From positions 1 to 38,737 of the IMG/VR virus record IMGVR_UViG_3300018489_000105: a stretch of 38,737 nt of DNA. The stretch is one strand, 5' to 3'. Positions 26,716 through 35,129 of this stretch are shown in pieces. The stretch is from a virus (Duplodnaviria > Caudoviricetes). The notes beneath the pieces were generated by a model, which searched no databases, had not been told where the DNA came from, and was given only the letters and a program-made list of their open reading frames with translations. The translations under genes and the position numbers were made by a program. The stretch's first letter is position 1; each line of letters begins with the position of its first letter.

Positions 26716-26842
26716 CTTTGACGAGATCAATCCTTGCGAGGACTGCAGTGAGGATCCAGATACCTGCAACAATGATCCAACTGAATGCTTGTTAAATGCG
26801 ATTGAGACATATAGAGATGGTGAAAAAGATGCCTACGAATGA
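26708..26842 (+). CDS. small Cys-rich acidic protein (44 aa)
   Basis: MCDFDEINPCEDCSEDPDTCNNDPTECLLNAIETYRDGEKDAYE; GGAGG RBS. Confidence 0.55.
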   Translation: MCDFDEINPCEDCSEDPDTCNNDPTECLLNAIETYRDGEKDAYE

Positions 26843-27590
26843 AGAATTTACCGGAATCCTGCAATCAAGAGGGCAGGAGAACGGGGAATCGTATTGTGTG
26901 ATCGACAACACACAATATTTTATCCCTGACTATGTCCGTGAATGGTTGGCAAAACTTCCAGACGGAACGAGAGTATTGTACAAATACTCAATGAAGAAAG
27001 AAGGCCGAAAAGACCTCACCAAGATTCGGATGGCTCCTGCAGCCAACAATGAACAGACAAAAGCGTACCCAGAAAAACTCAACATGAGGGTAGGTGTGTT
27101 AATCTCGCACTATCCCACTAGTTGTACAATTCAGACGGATAATGGAGAGAAAACATTTGCGTTGAATTCCAAGTTCCCGCCCAATATCGAACTGCCGCAG
27201 AAGATCGAGTTTGCAGTCAATAAGCTTGGATTCATTACCGGGTACAAGTTCCTCGGGAAGGCGGAAGATGTGTCGGTCCCACAGAGCCCTTCACAACAAC
27301 CCTCCTCCCCTCCTATATCGAGTGCCTCATCAGTCTCTCCACAGAAGGGATCGGAGAAGAAACCCGAACTCACAGAAGTCGGGATGTGCACCCTGACAAT
27401 AGGAGGCACGATCAACCTCCAGAACTATGAGAACCTGCGAGTCGAGATCTCCGGGCCGGCGGCATATCGCCGGGAGATGATAGAATATCTTAAGGATACC
27501 CTTGATCTCTTCGGGGAGAAGGATAAGGTGACAAGAGAGATGATAGAGGTATGGAAGAGGCGGGTACTTCTTAGGGAGGGAGAGGAATGA
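26829..27590 (+). CDS. multi-domain protein, possibly OB-fold ssDNA-binding/recombination
   Basis: Two small beta-rich domains, a P/S-rich linker and C-terminal TINLQNYENLRVEI; function is inferred. Confidence 0.5.
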   Translation: MPTNEEFTGILQSRGQENGESYCVIDNTQYFIPDYVREWLAKLPDGTRVLYKYSMKKEGRKDLTKIRMAPAANNEQTKAYPEKLNMRVGVLISHYPTSCTIQTDNGEKTFALNSKFPPNIELPQKIEFAVNKLGFITGYKFLGKAEDVSVPQSPSQQPSSPPISSASSVSPQKGSEKKPELTEVGMCTLTIGGTINLQNYENLRVEISGPAAYRREMIEYLKDTLDLFGEKDKVTREMIEVWKRRVLLREGEE

Positions 27591-27748
27591 TTCCAGTCAA
27601 GAATATTTGTGATCTCCAGATCTCCCCTAATCGTATTTTCGGGAATGGGGAGATATTATCCTATGATGTGGATATCCGCCTGAAGCTCTCTTCGAGTGAC
27701 TTGAATGTTTTCATGGATCTTCTTCACACATTGGGGTGGGTAAAATGA
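27587..27748 (+). CDS. small hypothetical protein (53 aa)
   Basis: ATGA overlaps at both ends. Confidence 0.55.
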   Translation: MIPVKNICDLQISPNRIFGNGEILSYDVDIRLKLSSSDLNVFMDLLHTLGWVK

Positions 27749-28116
27749 AAATCCAGAAATTTATTTTACCCCGGGAGATGGATGCCTGGGAGGCCCTGGA
27801 AAATGCTGAGGGAGTGAGGGTTGAACACCGATACCTCCTGACACAACAAGCATCAGCCGGGTGTAATGAATGGGATGCCTGTGCCTATGTCCTGTTCACA
27901 ATCCAGGAGGAGGTCACGAGCATTGAGAAGGAGAACCTGGAGAGGATCAAGGAACTCGCAACCAGGGTCTCGCAAGACAAGGTACTCCCCACCTTGAGGA
28001 ATCAAACTCAGAGGGAATTATATCTTCTGGAGATCTACAACATCGATTCCATTACCGCGAGTCAGGTATGGGAATACATCAAGATGAGGGAGAGGGTTAA
28101 GGAGGTCGCACCATGA
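27745..28116 (+). CDS. hypothetical protein
   Basis: Coupled ORF. Confidence 0.65.
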   Translation: MKIQKFILPREMDAWEALENAEGVRVEHRYLLTQQASAGCNEWDACAYVLFTIQEEVTSIEKENLERIKELATRVSQDKVLPTLRNQTQRELYLLEIYNIDSITASQVWEYIKMRERVKEVAP

Positions 28117-28319
28117 ACCTAAAAGAAATCAGGTTTAAAAATAGGATATCAAAAATAGTAAAGAATTTATGCAAACAGGATACTTCTATTTTTGAATATC
28201 CTGATAATGATCTCCAAGGTATGAAAATTTCATCCATTTCGCGGCCGACTACCGATGAAGAACGTGATCGTTTTGAGGCTGCCCTGGAGGAGATAGAGAA
28301 ACTGTTACAGGAGATGTGA
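28113..28319 (+). CDS. hypothetical protein (AT-rich)
   Basis: GGAGGT RBS; ATGA overlap. Confidence 0.6.
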   Translation: MNLKEIRFKNRISKIVKNLCKQDTSIFEYPDNDLQGMKISSISRPTTDEERDRFEAALEEIEKLLQEM

Positions 28320-28322
28320 GCT

Positions 28323-28922
28323 GTGCTCACCCCCATTCCACCACAAGAGATCCGAGCCCGTAACCACAAGCGGAATCTCAATAGAGTGTGGTCAGGAAAG
28401 GTGTGGAGGGCGAAACGCCTTGCTTTCATTGATTCCCGGGGAAGTCGATGTGAATGGTGCGGGTCAACAGAAGGACTGACAGTCCACCATCCAATGAGAA
28501 ATAGTTACGGGTCGTCTGCCTATATGGACTTTTACCTTTCGGGGTGTATCCTGCTCTGCCAAAGATGTCACAGTGCATTACATGCGGGTAGAGTGATCTG
28601 CGATCGGGACCATGCAGATGGTGAGGTTCACTATCGGTGGCATGATGCAGAGATGTGTTCCTATTGTTTCCTGCAACTTCATCCTGAGCTGAAAGAACAG
28701 AAAAAGAAGGATGAAGAACGAGCCAGGAGGAAGAAGGCTCAAACCAAACAGGCCAAGGCGCATCCGTGCAAATATCGAGGGCTTGAGCAAAAGTGCAGGA
28801 GGAGGTCAGGAGAGATATGCACGTATAATGCAAAACGAGCCCCTGCCAAATGCAAGTTCTTCAAGGCGAAGGCCGGGGTAAAGGTAGAGGAGGAAAAGGA
28901 TGTGGTGGTGAAGGATGCATGA
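28323..28922 (+). CDS. HNH endonuclease with additional Cys clusters
   Basis: CEWCG...LTVHH...LLCQRCHSALH. Confidence 0.85.
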   Translation: MLTPIPPQEIRARNHKRNLNRVWSGKVWRAKRLAFIDSRGSRCEWCGSTEGLTVHHPMRNSYGSSAYMDFYLSGCILLCQRCHSALHAGRVICDRDHADGEVHYRWHDAEMCSYCFLQLHPELKEQKKKDEERARRKKAQTKQAKAHPCKYRGLEQKCRRRSGEICTYNAKRAPAKCKFFKAKAGVKVEEEKDVVVKDA

Positions 28923-29514
28923 CCTCACCCACCTCTCCCTCTTTACCGGGATCGGGGGATTTGACCTTGCGGCGGCGTGGACTGGATTTAAAACGGTCGG
29001 GCAGGTCGAGCAGGACCCATATGCCCTGCGAGTCCTGCGAAGACGATTCGGGAGAGAGATCCCACGATGGACAGACATCAGGGATCTATCGGCAGACGAC
29101 TTTAAGCGGAGAACTGGCATCGACAGCCCGACCCTTATCTCCGGGGGATTCCCATGCCAGCCATTTAGTTGTGCCGGAAAGCGAGAAGGCAAGGAGGATG
29201 ACCGTTACATCTGGCCGGAGATGCTTAGAGTCGTGCGGGAGCTCAGGCCATCTTGGATGGTTGGAGAAAATGTTGCTGGGTTCGCCAATATGGCACTCGA
29301 ATCTTGCTGTTCTGACCTGGAAGATGAAGGTTATACCGTCAGGGCGTTCCTTATTCCAGCTGCAGGCGAGTCTGAACCCCTTGTGGGTAGAGTGGCTCAT
29401 GGGGTTCCCCGACGGGTGGACAGATTGCGATGCCTCGGTAATGCAGTTGTTCCCCAACAAGTATACCCGATCCTTGCGAGTATCGCACAGATTGAGGAGG
29501 AGAAGGTAGTATGA
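28915..29514 (+). CDS. dcm: C5 cytosine DNA methyltransferase, alpha frame, internally shortened (no motif VIII/TRD)
   Basis: Motif I LSLFTGIGG, motif IV GGFPCQPFS, motif VI GENV, motif X LGNAVVPQ. Confidence 0.9.
   Translation: MHDLTHLSLFTGIGGFDLAAAWTGFKTVGQVEQDPYALRVLRRRFGREIPRWTDIRDLSADDFKRRTGIDSPTLISGGFPCQPFSCAGKREGKEDDRYIWPEMLRVVRELRPSWMVGENVAGFANMALESCCSDLEDEGYTVRAFLIPAAGESEPLVGRVAHGVPRRVDRLRCLGNAVVPQQVYPILASIAQIEEEKVV
28919..29509 (+). CDS. overlapping +1-frame ORF, putative beta subunit of the C5 methyltransferase
   Basis: Open across the whole dcm gene; contains motif IX-like LNPLWVEWLMGFPDGWT, which the alpha frame lacks; start codon uncertain. Confidence 0.7.
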   Translation: MTSPTSPSLPGSGDLTLRRRGLDLKRSGRSSRTHMPCESCEDDSGERSHDGQTSGIYRQTTLSGELASTARPLSPGDSHASHLVVPESEKARRMTVTSGRRCLESCGSSGHLGWLEKMLLGSPIWHSNLAVLTWKMKVIPSGRSLFQLQASLNPLWVEWLMGFPDGWTDCDASVMQLFPNKYTRSLRVSHRLRRRR

Positions 29515-29534
29515 TGGAAGAGACAAGAAGATCA

Positions 29535-29695
29535 CACCCTATATCACGTTATATACTATATAACGTTATATACGGATCCTTAGTATCCTTAGATAGAGCT
29601 GTACCCTATATCATATCATATCATATCATATCATCCTCTCTGCAAAGATCAAAATTTGGTATATCACCTTATATAGTATATCACCCTATATGGAA
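29535..29695. repeat. palindrome/iteron cluster, candidate replication origin
   Basis: IR ACGTTATATA-C-TATATAACGT (29546-29566), 16-bp palindrome 29557-29572, ATCCTTAG x2, (ATATC)x5, repeated TATATCA. Confidence 0.6.
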
Positions 29696-29713
29696 TTCTG
29701 AAAAGGAGGAGAT

Positions 29714-30277
29714 ATGAGTCGCAAAAAGTCAAAAAACCCAGTTACAAGAATTATTCAGGCAGATGAATTCACCTTTCAGGTATGCCAGTCATTGGGTTGG
29801 TCGTACTCGGATGTGTTCACAGAAGGGTATACTTCTCTTCTAGGAAAAACCTTGAAATGTCGTCAGAATGACGAAATACCCATAGGGTTCTTGCCGATTA
29901 CCCTGATGGATCTCGCGATTCAGGACCTTGACGAGAAGATCAAAAACATGCAGGAAACTAAGAAAATTCTCGAAAAAGTAAGGGAAAGTCAGTCAAAACT
30001 GATCATTTTCCCACAAAAAGATCGAGAAATTGCGATCATTTTCAACGAACTTGCAGATAAGTATCTGACCGACAAAGAGGTCGAAGAATACCGCAGATTG
30101 ATGTCCGTTCGGATAAATCGCGGTGATTCTTGCTCTAATGTGGTTTCATCATTCCTAAAAGACCTCACCGGGAGGGCGAATGGATCAGGTGCAATTATCT
30201 CAGAAATCAGCAAAAAAGACCCTACCTGGAAGGAAAGTATTATATACAACTATCTTACCACGAGGCAAAAAACATGA
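29714..30277 (+). CDS. hypothetical protein, candidate origin-binding/replication protein
   Basis: GGAGG RBS; directly downstream of the repeat cluster; basic N-terminus and coiled coil. Confidence 0.6.
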   Translation: MSRKKSKNPVTRIIQADEFTFQVCQSLGWSYSDVFTEGYTSLLGKTLKCRQNDEIPIGFLPITLMDLAIQDLDEKIKNMQETKKILEKVRESQSKLIIFPQKDREIAIIFNELADKYLTDKEVEEYRRLMSVRINRGDSCSNVVSSFLKDLTGRANGSGAIISEISKKDPTWKESIIYNYLTTRQKT

Positions 30278-30423
30278 TTCCTGAATGGGAAGGTTTTTAT
30301 AGGGCAAAATGTCCGAAGTGTCAAGGATTACTTGTCAGCTCGGCAAGGTCACCTGGAACGAAGCGACAATGTCCATTTTGTGGATATAAGTTCTCACCAT
30401 TAAAGAGGAGGATCAAAGAATGA
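30274..30423 (+). CDS. zinc-ribbon microprotein (49 aa)
   Basis: CPKC...CPFCGYKF; ATGA overlaps. Confidence 0.65.
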   Translation: MIPEWEGFYRAKCPKCQGLLVSSARSPGTKRQCPFCGYKFSPLKRRIKE

Positions 30424-30650
30424 AACTGAAAGAAGCGATTGCCATAAAGGCCAAACAGCAAGGGATAATGACGATGGCAGTCATGCCCGGTCAGCCGAAA
30501 CAGAGAGGCAGGCCGATGCAGTCTACCGATGAAGAGATCTATCAGGCTTGGTTGGATGGCAATTCAATCTATTCTATCTCAAAGCGACTATGCAAATGCA
30601 GTACGACCAGGGTGAAGCGGATCATCCAGGAACGTGAAAAGGAGGATTGA
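30420..30650 (+). CDS. HTH DNA-binding protein
   Basis: RGRP...EEIYQAWLDGNSIYSISKRL....TRVKRII. Confidence 0.7.
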   Translation: MKLKEAIAIKAKQQGIMTMAVMPGQPKQRGRPMQSTDEEIYQAWLDGNSIYSISKRLCKCSTTRVKRIIQEREKED

Positions 30651-30656
30651 AGAAGT

Positions 30657-30905
30657 ATGATTGAAACATCATCAAAGAAGAAAGAGAGATTGATCGTTGG
30701 TTGGGGAGCAAATGCCAGATATCTCGAAGTGCACTATTTCAGGGAAGATACAGGGCTTCCTCTATGCAAAACCAAGAAGCGAGGTAAGACAAAGGCAACC
30801 ATTCCATTATCGAAATGGAATCCTGACAACCCTTCAACCTGCCAGGTCTGCAGAAAACTCTTCATGAAGATCAAAGAACAAGAACGGGGTCAAAAGGGTG
30901 AATAA
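30657..30905 (+). CDS. small zinc-binding protein
   Basis: H...PLC...CQVC. Confidence 0.6.
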   Translation: MIETSSKKKERLIVGWGANARYLEVHYFREDTGLPLCKTKKRGKTKATIPLSKWNPDNPSTCQVCRKLFMKIKEQERGQKGE

Positions 30906-31070
30906 ATGAGACTCCACTTAATGCGGTATGATTCAAGAGAATTAGCGCAAGAGCACGTCAAATATCTCAAAGAGCACGGAAGCGAGGCAATAATCGAAGA
31001 AGTGACGGTCTTTGATGTGTATGTCACACGAGACTTCCGGGTAGGAGATACATCACTTGATCAGAGGTGA
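30906..31070 (+). CDS. small hypothetical protein (54 aa)
   Basis: MRLHLMRYDSRELAQEHVKYLKEHGSEAIIEE...; GGTGA RBS. Confidence 0.55.
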   Translation: MRLHLMRYDSRELAQEHVKYLKEHGSEAIIEEVTVFDVYVTRDFRVGDTSLDQR

Positions 31071-31074
31071 AATC

Positions 31075-31380
31075 ATGGACGAAACTCGCAAAAAACAGAT
31101 CTACGATCTGGCATGGAAACAATGGGGAGACAGAGCACAGATGGATCTTCTCATTGAAGAAATGGCAGAACTCACCCAGGCCATCATCAAGGCTCGGCGC
31201 CGTGGATGTCTATATACATATGCTATCCTTGAAGAAATGGCGGATGTTCTCATAATGCTTGAACAACTTGAGAATCAGCTCAAGGACATCCCCAATCCAG
31301 AATATGGTTCATTCTGGAGGCAGGTTATATCGATCAAAGAGGCTAAATTGAACCGACTCGAAGAACGGCTCATAAAATAA
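31075..31380 (+). CDS. MazG-like NTP pyrophosphohydrolase
   Basis: EEMAELTQAI...EEMADVLIMLEQL (ExxE...ExxD). Confidence 0.82.
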   Translation: MDETRKKQIYDLAWKQWGDRAQMDLLIEEMAELTQAIIKARRRGCLYTYAILEEMADVLIMLEQLENQLKDIPNPEYGSFWRQVISIKEAKLNRLEERLIK

Positions 31381-31406
31381 ATCATGGGCGAGGAGGCACG
31401 GGTATC

Positions 31407-31598
31407 ATGACTTGTTCTTATGCTATTCGGGAACCAGAGTGGAGATGCACCTACAGAAAAATGCACCATGTGAAAGACTATGAACTACTCCTATCTCTTT
31501 GTCAGGGTTTACCTGCAGATTGTCCCTGGCATGTACAAATGGACAAGAGATCCAGAGAATATACTGGTAAAATGACAAAAACGGGGCGCATATCATGA
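31407..31598 (+). CDS. small Cys-rich protein
   Basis: GAGGAGG RBS; coupled to the next ORF. Confidence 0.55.
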   Translation: MTCSYAIREPEWRCTYRKMHHVKDYELLLSLCQGLPADCPWHVQMDKRSREYTGKMTKTGRIS

Positions 31599-31786
31599 AT
31601 TACTGCAAACACCTTCGATGGGTAGAAGACCAGGATGCAGATTATTATGAATGTGCATTGGGCTTAGACACATCATTGGATTGGTGTGACGACATCCAAG
31701 GGAATAAATCCGAATGCAAGAAATTCTCTCCGATTCCATATCCGGAATGGAATAGCAAGAAGGAAGAAAGATGGAACAAGGAATAA
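31595..31786 (+). CDS. small Cys-rich protein
   Basis: CKH...C...C...CKKF; ATGA overlap. Confidence 0.55.
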   Translation: MNYCKHLRWVEDQDADYYECALGLDTSLDWCDDIQGNKSECKKFSPIPYPEWNSKKEERWNKE

Positions 31787-31791
31787 GACCG

Positions 31792-32721
31792 ATGAGAATA
31801 TCTTTGGTTGATTTCGACAGCAAGATCCCGAATCTCGCGCTGATGAAAATTTCAGCATGGCACAAAGCGCAAGGGGATACAGTCGGATTCAAGATCAAGA
31901 ATCCAGACAAAGTGTATGTGTCTGTGATCTTCACGAAGAACCGAGCGAAAGCCTCAGCCTGGGAGAATAGGTATCCGGATATTCCGGTTATTTTTGGTGG
32001 GACTGGTTGGGATCTCACAACCACTCTCCCTCTGGAAATTGAGGCCATGAGACCGGATTATGACCTTTATCCCTCAGCCTATTCCCAGGGTTACACTACA
32101 AGAGGGTGTATAAGGAATTGCAGTTTTTGTGTAGTCCCGGAAAAGGAGGGCAAAATAAGAATTGCACAGCACCCATCGCAATTCCACGATGACCGGTTCG
32201 ATACATGCATGATCATGGACAACAACCTTTTCGGGGCTCCGCAGGAATGGCAGACCAGCGTTCTCTCTTGGTTCATTGACAATAAAATCAAAATGCTGTC
32301 CCCACAGGGATGGGATGCCCGGTTGCTCACTGAAGAACGAGCAGAGAAACTGTATGCAATTAAGCACGCCGGGATGATCCATTTCTCATGGGACAATGTT
32401 CAAGATGAAAAAGCGATATTCCGGGCGATAGACATCCTGAAAAAGACAGGTTTTGATCTCCGCCGGGAGATCTCATTTTATGTGTTATGCGGGTTTAATA
32501 CGACGTTTGATCAGGATCTCTACCGTTGCCAGAAATTACGGGATGTAGGTATCCAGGCATATGCAATGCGATATTCACGTTCACGTGAATTAAATGCCCT
32601 AGCAAGATGGACAGCCCGACCCCAACTATACTGGGCGGTTGAGTTTTCAGAATATACTCGAAAAAACAAGAAACAACAAGTGAGGCAGAAACATGAAAGT
32701 CAGATGCAAAGAGCATTCTGA
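31792..32721 (+). CDS. radical SAM protein with N-terminal B12-binding-like domain
   Basis: PNLALMKISAWHK, GGTGWD, TTRGCIRNCSFCVVPEKEG, MDNN and YVLCGF. Confidence 0.88.
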   Translation: MRISLVDFDSKIPNLALMKISAWHKAQGDTVGFKIKNPDKVYVSVIFTKNRAKASAWENRYPDIPVIFGGTGWDLTTTLPLEIEAMRPDYDLYPSAYSQGYTTRGCIRNCSFCVVPEKEGKIRIAQHPSQFHDDRFDTCMIMDNNLFGAPQEWQTSVLSWFIDNKIKMLSPQGWDARLLTEERAEKLYAIKHAGMIHFSWDNVQDEKAIFRAIDILKKTGFDLRREISFYVLCGFNTTFDQDLYRCQKLRDVGIQAYAMRYSRSRELNALARWTARPQLYWAVEFSEYTRKNKKQQVRQKHESQMQRAF

Positions 32722-32732
32722 GGATGAAGGAA

Positions 32733-32911
32733 CGATGACGAAATGGACGTGGGTATGCCCGCACTGCAAATATCTCAACATTTGGTATTGGGATATATAT
32801 GACATTCCACTTCCTGGAGATCCCCCCATACTCTTGTATTGTGATCAATGTGGGAAAAATCAAAGATGCAGGCCGAGATGGTCGGAGCAGGATAAGAAGG
32901 TAGGAATGTGA
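32733..32911 (+). CDS. zinc-ribbon microprotein
   Basis: CPHC...CDQC; start uncertain. Confidence 0.6.
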
Positions 32912-33087
32912 AAAAGATGATAGTGAAAGAAGCCGGTCAACAACTCACCCTGGTAGGGGCTCCTCTACCAAAGTCCCGGGGCACAAGGATTATCATTCAA
33001 GGCCGTCGCCAATTTTTCGAGGAGATCGCAGCAAAATTCAGGCAACTTGCAAAAGAAAAGAAAGTCGTAATCAAAGAGGAGTCATGA
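32908..33087 (+). CDS. small basic hypothetical protein (59 aa)
   Basis: GTGA/ATGA overlaps at both ends. Confidence 0.5.
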   Translation: MKKMIVKEAGQQLTLVGAPLPKSRGTRIIIQGRRQFFEEIAAKFRQLAKEKKVVIKEES

Positions 33088-33812
33088 TATCTAAGTCCAT
33101 CCAGCAGGATTTAAACGGAAAATCTTTTGAGGAAATCGCCATATCAAGGATTCGACAGTATGAACCGCCTGAAGGTTATTATCTTGCGTTCTCAGGAGGG
33201 AAGGATTCAATAGTTATTTACGATCTTGCAGTCAAAGCCGGAGTCAAATTCGATGCACATTTCTCCAGAACAACAGTTGACCCTCCAGAAATATTGAAAT
33301 TCATTAAAGAAAACTATCCTGATATCATCTGGGAAAAACCCAAGATGAGTATGTTTCAGCTCATCAGGAAAAAGAAAATGTTGCCGACACGCATTATGCG
33401 ATTTTGTTGTAGTGAATTAAAGGAATTCGGTGGCCCTGGAAGAGTTATCCTAACAGGGATTAGATGGCAGGAATCCGTTATGAGGAAAAAGAGAAAACTA
33501 TTTGAAGAATCGTATAAAAGAAAAGGAACCTATTTCCTGCATCCAATCATCGATTGGTCAACAGACGATGTCTGGTCATATATTCACAAGTATAATATGC
33601 CGTATTGTTCTCTTTATGATGAAGGAAAGGAAAGAATAGGCTGCATAATGTGTCCTATGCAAACACCGAAAGGAATGAAATTAGATGTTGAAAGATATCC
33701 AAAATATTATAACGCATACCTTCGAGCAATCCGGGACATCATGAAGGTAAAGAAATTTAATAAGTGGAACACTCCGGAAGAAATGATGGAGTGGTGGATA
33801 AATGGGCGTTAG
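33084..33812 (+). CDS. PAPS reductase family protein (PP-loop, Fe-S Cys motifs)
   Basis: AFSGGKDS, RFCCSELKE, TGIRWQES, PIIDWS and RIGCIMCP. Confidence 0.92.
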   Translation: MISKSIQQDLNGKSFEEIAISRIRQYEPPEGYYLAFSGGKDSIVIYDLAVKAGVKFDAHFSRTTVDPPEILKFIKENYPDIIWEKPKMSMFQLIRKKKMLPTRIMRFCCSELKEFGGPGRVILTGIRWQESVMRKKRKLFEESYKRKGTYFLHPIIDWSTDDVWSYIHKYNMPYCSLYDEGKERIGCIMCPMQTPKGMKLDVERYPKYYNAYLRAIRDIMKVKKFNKWNTPEEMMEWWINGR

Positions 33813-33880
33813 AAAGAATATCTGAGATATGGACCGGTTGAAACGACAGATATTAGTAAGAGTAAATAATATCATGTACC

Positions 33881-34681
33881 ATGGCAAATCGGTTTGCAAT
33901 AAGACGGCGTAATGCCGTTATCGCGGGATGTATATTCTGTTGTGTTGCCTGTGGAATGGCTGCTACGTGCGGCGTCCAGGCAGCCATGATCACATCCCAG
34001 GTATCAGCCAGCGGTACTGGGTTTGTGAGCGGGGGGTCTGCTCTCATCTATGCAATCTCAAACACAAACAGTACAGATATTCCCCTCACACCCGGGCAGG
34101 AGATCGTAACAGTCTCATCCGTTGATTCTCTTCTCGCAACAGGAAAGAGTAGCTATCAATCCGGGTTAGGGCTCCAGAACGGTGAGCTTATTTTGCTACA
34201 GAGTGAACGTGCTTTGTTTGCTACAGGGCCATCTGTCTATTCCGAATCCCTCCTGTATGATGGGGTTGGAGCAGGATCACCAGAACTGGTATGTGGTGCG
34301 TTAGGTGAGAATACTGAAACTTCTCCTGCTACTATTGAAGAAGAATCAGAGGGGAATGAAACTATAACAATCCCAGCTGTAGATCCTTACTGCTCGATGT
34401 TCATGGTTGACACTGGAATGATCGGGTCTGGACTCTTATACCAGAGTTCCGGAGCAGTCCAGGTTGGAGACGTAGAAATCCCTGACGTTTTGGGCTTCCA
34501 GTTTAGCAGTTCTGGAAATGGTATCGGAACTCTCACTGTAAGCTCAATGTCGCAGACACCCGGGTATTTCAATCAAATGTTCCAGCGTGTAAATGCAGGA
34601 GGAGAACCATTCGCCCTGGAAGGCAAGTTCCAGTTCACCAGTTTCGCAAAGACCTTCGATCTCCCCACGGTGGAGGGGTGA
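33881..34681 (+). CDS. secreted/cell-surface S/G/T-rich protein
   Basis: Basic n-region RRR, hydrophobic stretch and VQA-A cleavage-like site; acidic, beta-rich mature part. Confidence 0.7.
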   Translation: MANRFAIRRRNAVIAGCIFCCVACGMAATCGVQAAMITSQVSASGTGFVSGGSALIYAISNTNSTDIPLTPGQEIVTVSSVDSLLATGKSSYQSGLGLQNGELILLQSERALFATGPSVYSESLLYDGVGAGSPELVCGALGENTETSPATIEEESEGNETITIPAVDPYCSMFMVDTGMIGSGLLYQSSGAVQVGDVEIPDVLGFQFSSSGNGIGTLTVSSMSQTPGYFNQMFQRVNAGGEPFALEGKFQFTSFAKTFDLPTVEG

Positions 34682-34711
34682 ATATCCACTAAACTTCATG
34701 GAGTTAGTAAA

Positions 34712-35086
34712 ATGATTGAAATTCCGCCCGAAGTAATGAATGCCTTATGGGCCCTGATCCTGGCCATAATCGGCTGGGTAATGGCATACATTGAGAAGCA
34801 GGACAAAGACGAAATCGAGGAGCAGAAGAAACTGGTCGAGGAATTCTATGATCCCACTACCGGTAATATTCCTCCGCCTGAGGGTGTCCCTCAGCGTGCA
34901 TGGAGGATGAACGAGGAAACAAAGCGGTGGCTCACTGTTGGTCACGATCCCGCTACTCAGGCTGATCTCCTCCGCCAGGTCGCCGAGGCCGAGGCAGACG
35001 GAAAGACCGACTACTATATCTCCTATCCCGGAGGTTGGTATCATATCAACTACGGCCTCATCATGGGGTCGGCGAAAGGGGCATAA
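34712..35086 (+). CDS. membrane protein with one N-terminal TM helix
   Basis: ALWALILAIIGWVMAYI followed by a charged soluble domain. Confidence 0.75.
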   Translation: MIEIPPEVMNALWALILAIIGWVMAYIEKQDKDEIEEQKKLVEEFYDPTTGNIPPPEGVPQRAWRMNEETKRWLTVGHDPATQADLLRQVAEAEADGKTDYYISYPGGWYHINYGLIMGSAKGA

Positions 35087-35100
35087 ACCCCTTTCTTTCC
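35074..35100 (+). terminator. hairpin plus pyrimidine tract
   Basis: GAAAGGGG-CATAAA-CCCCTTTC followed by TTTCC. Confidence 0.5.
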
Positions 35101-35129
35101 CATAGAGAAAAGAACATGAATCAACCCGC

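Noticed and set aside
29511-29717. 68-aa ORF as a real protein
   Set aside because: Translation is dominated by Y/I/S/H from DNA-level repeats and palindromes; more likely a non-coding element, although coupling at both ends means a peptide is not excluded
33084-33812. Auxiliary metabolic gene cysH for sulfate assimilation
   Set aside because: No other sulfur-pathway genes; the context is DNA modification, so only the family-level call is supported
33810-33870. Amber (pyrrolysine) readthrough of TAG stops, e.g. after the PAPS-reductase gene
   Set aside because: Extensions are short and unremarkable; TAG-ending genes are otherwise complete; no pyl genes present
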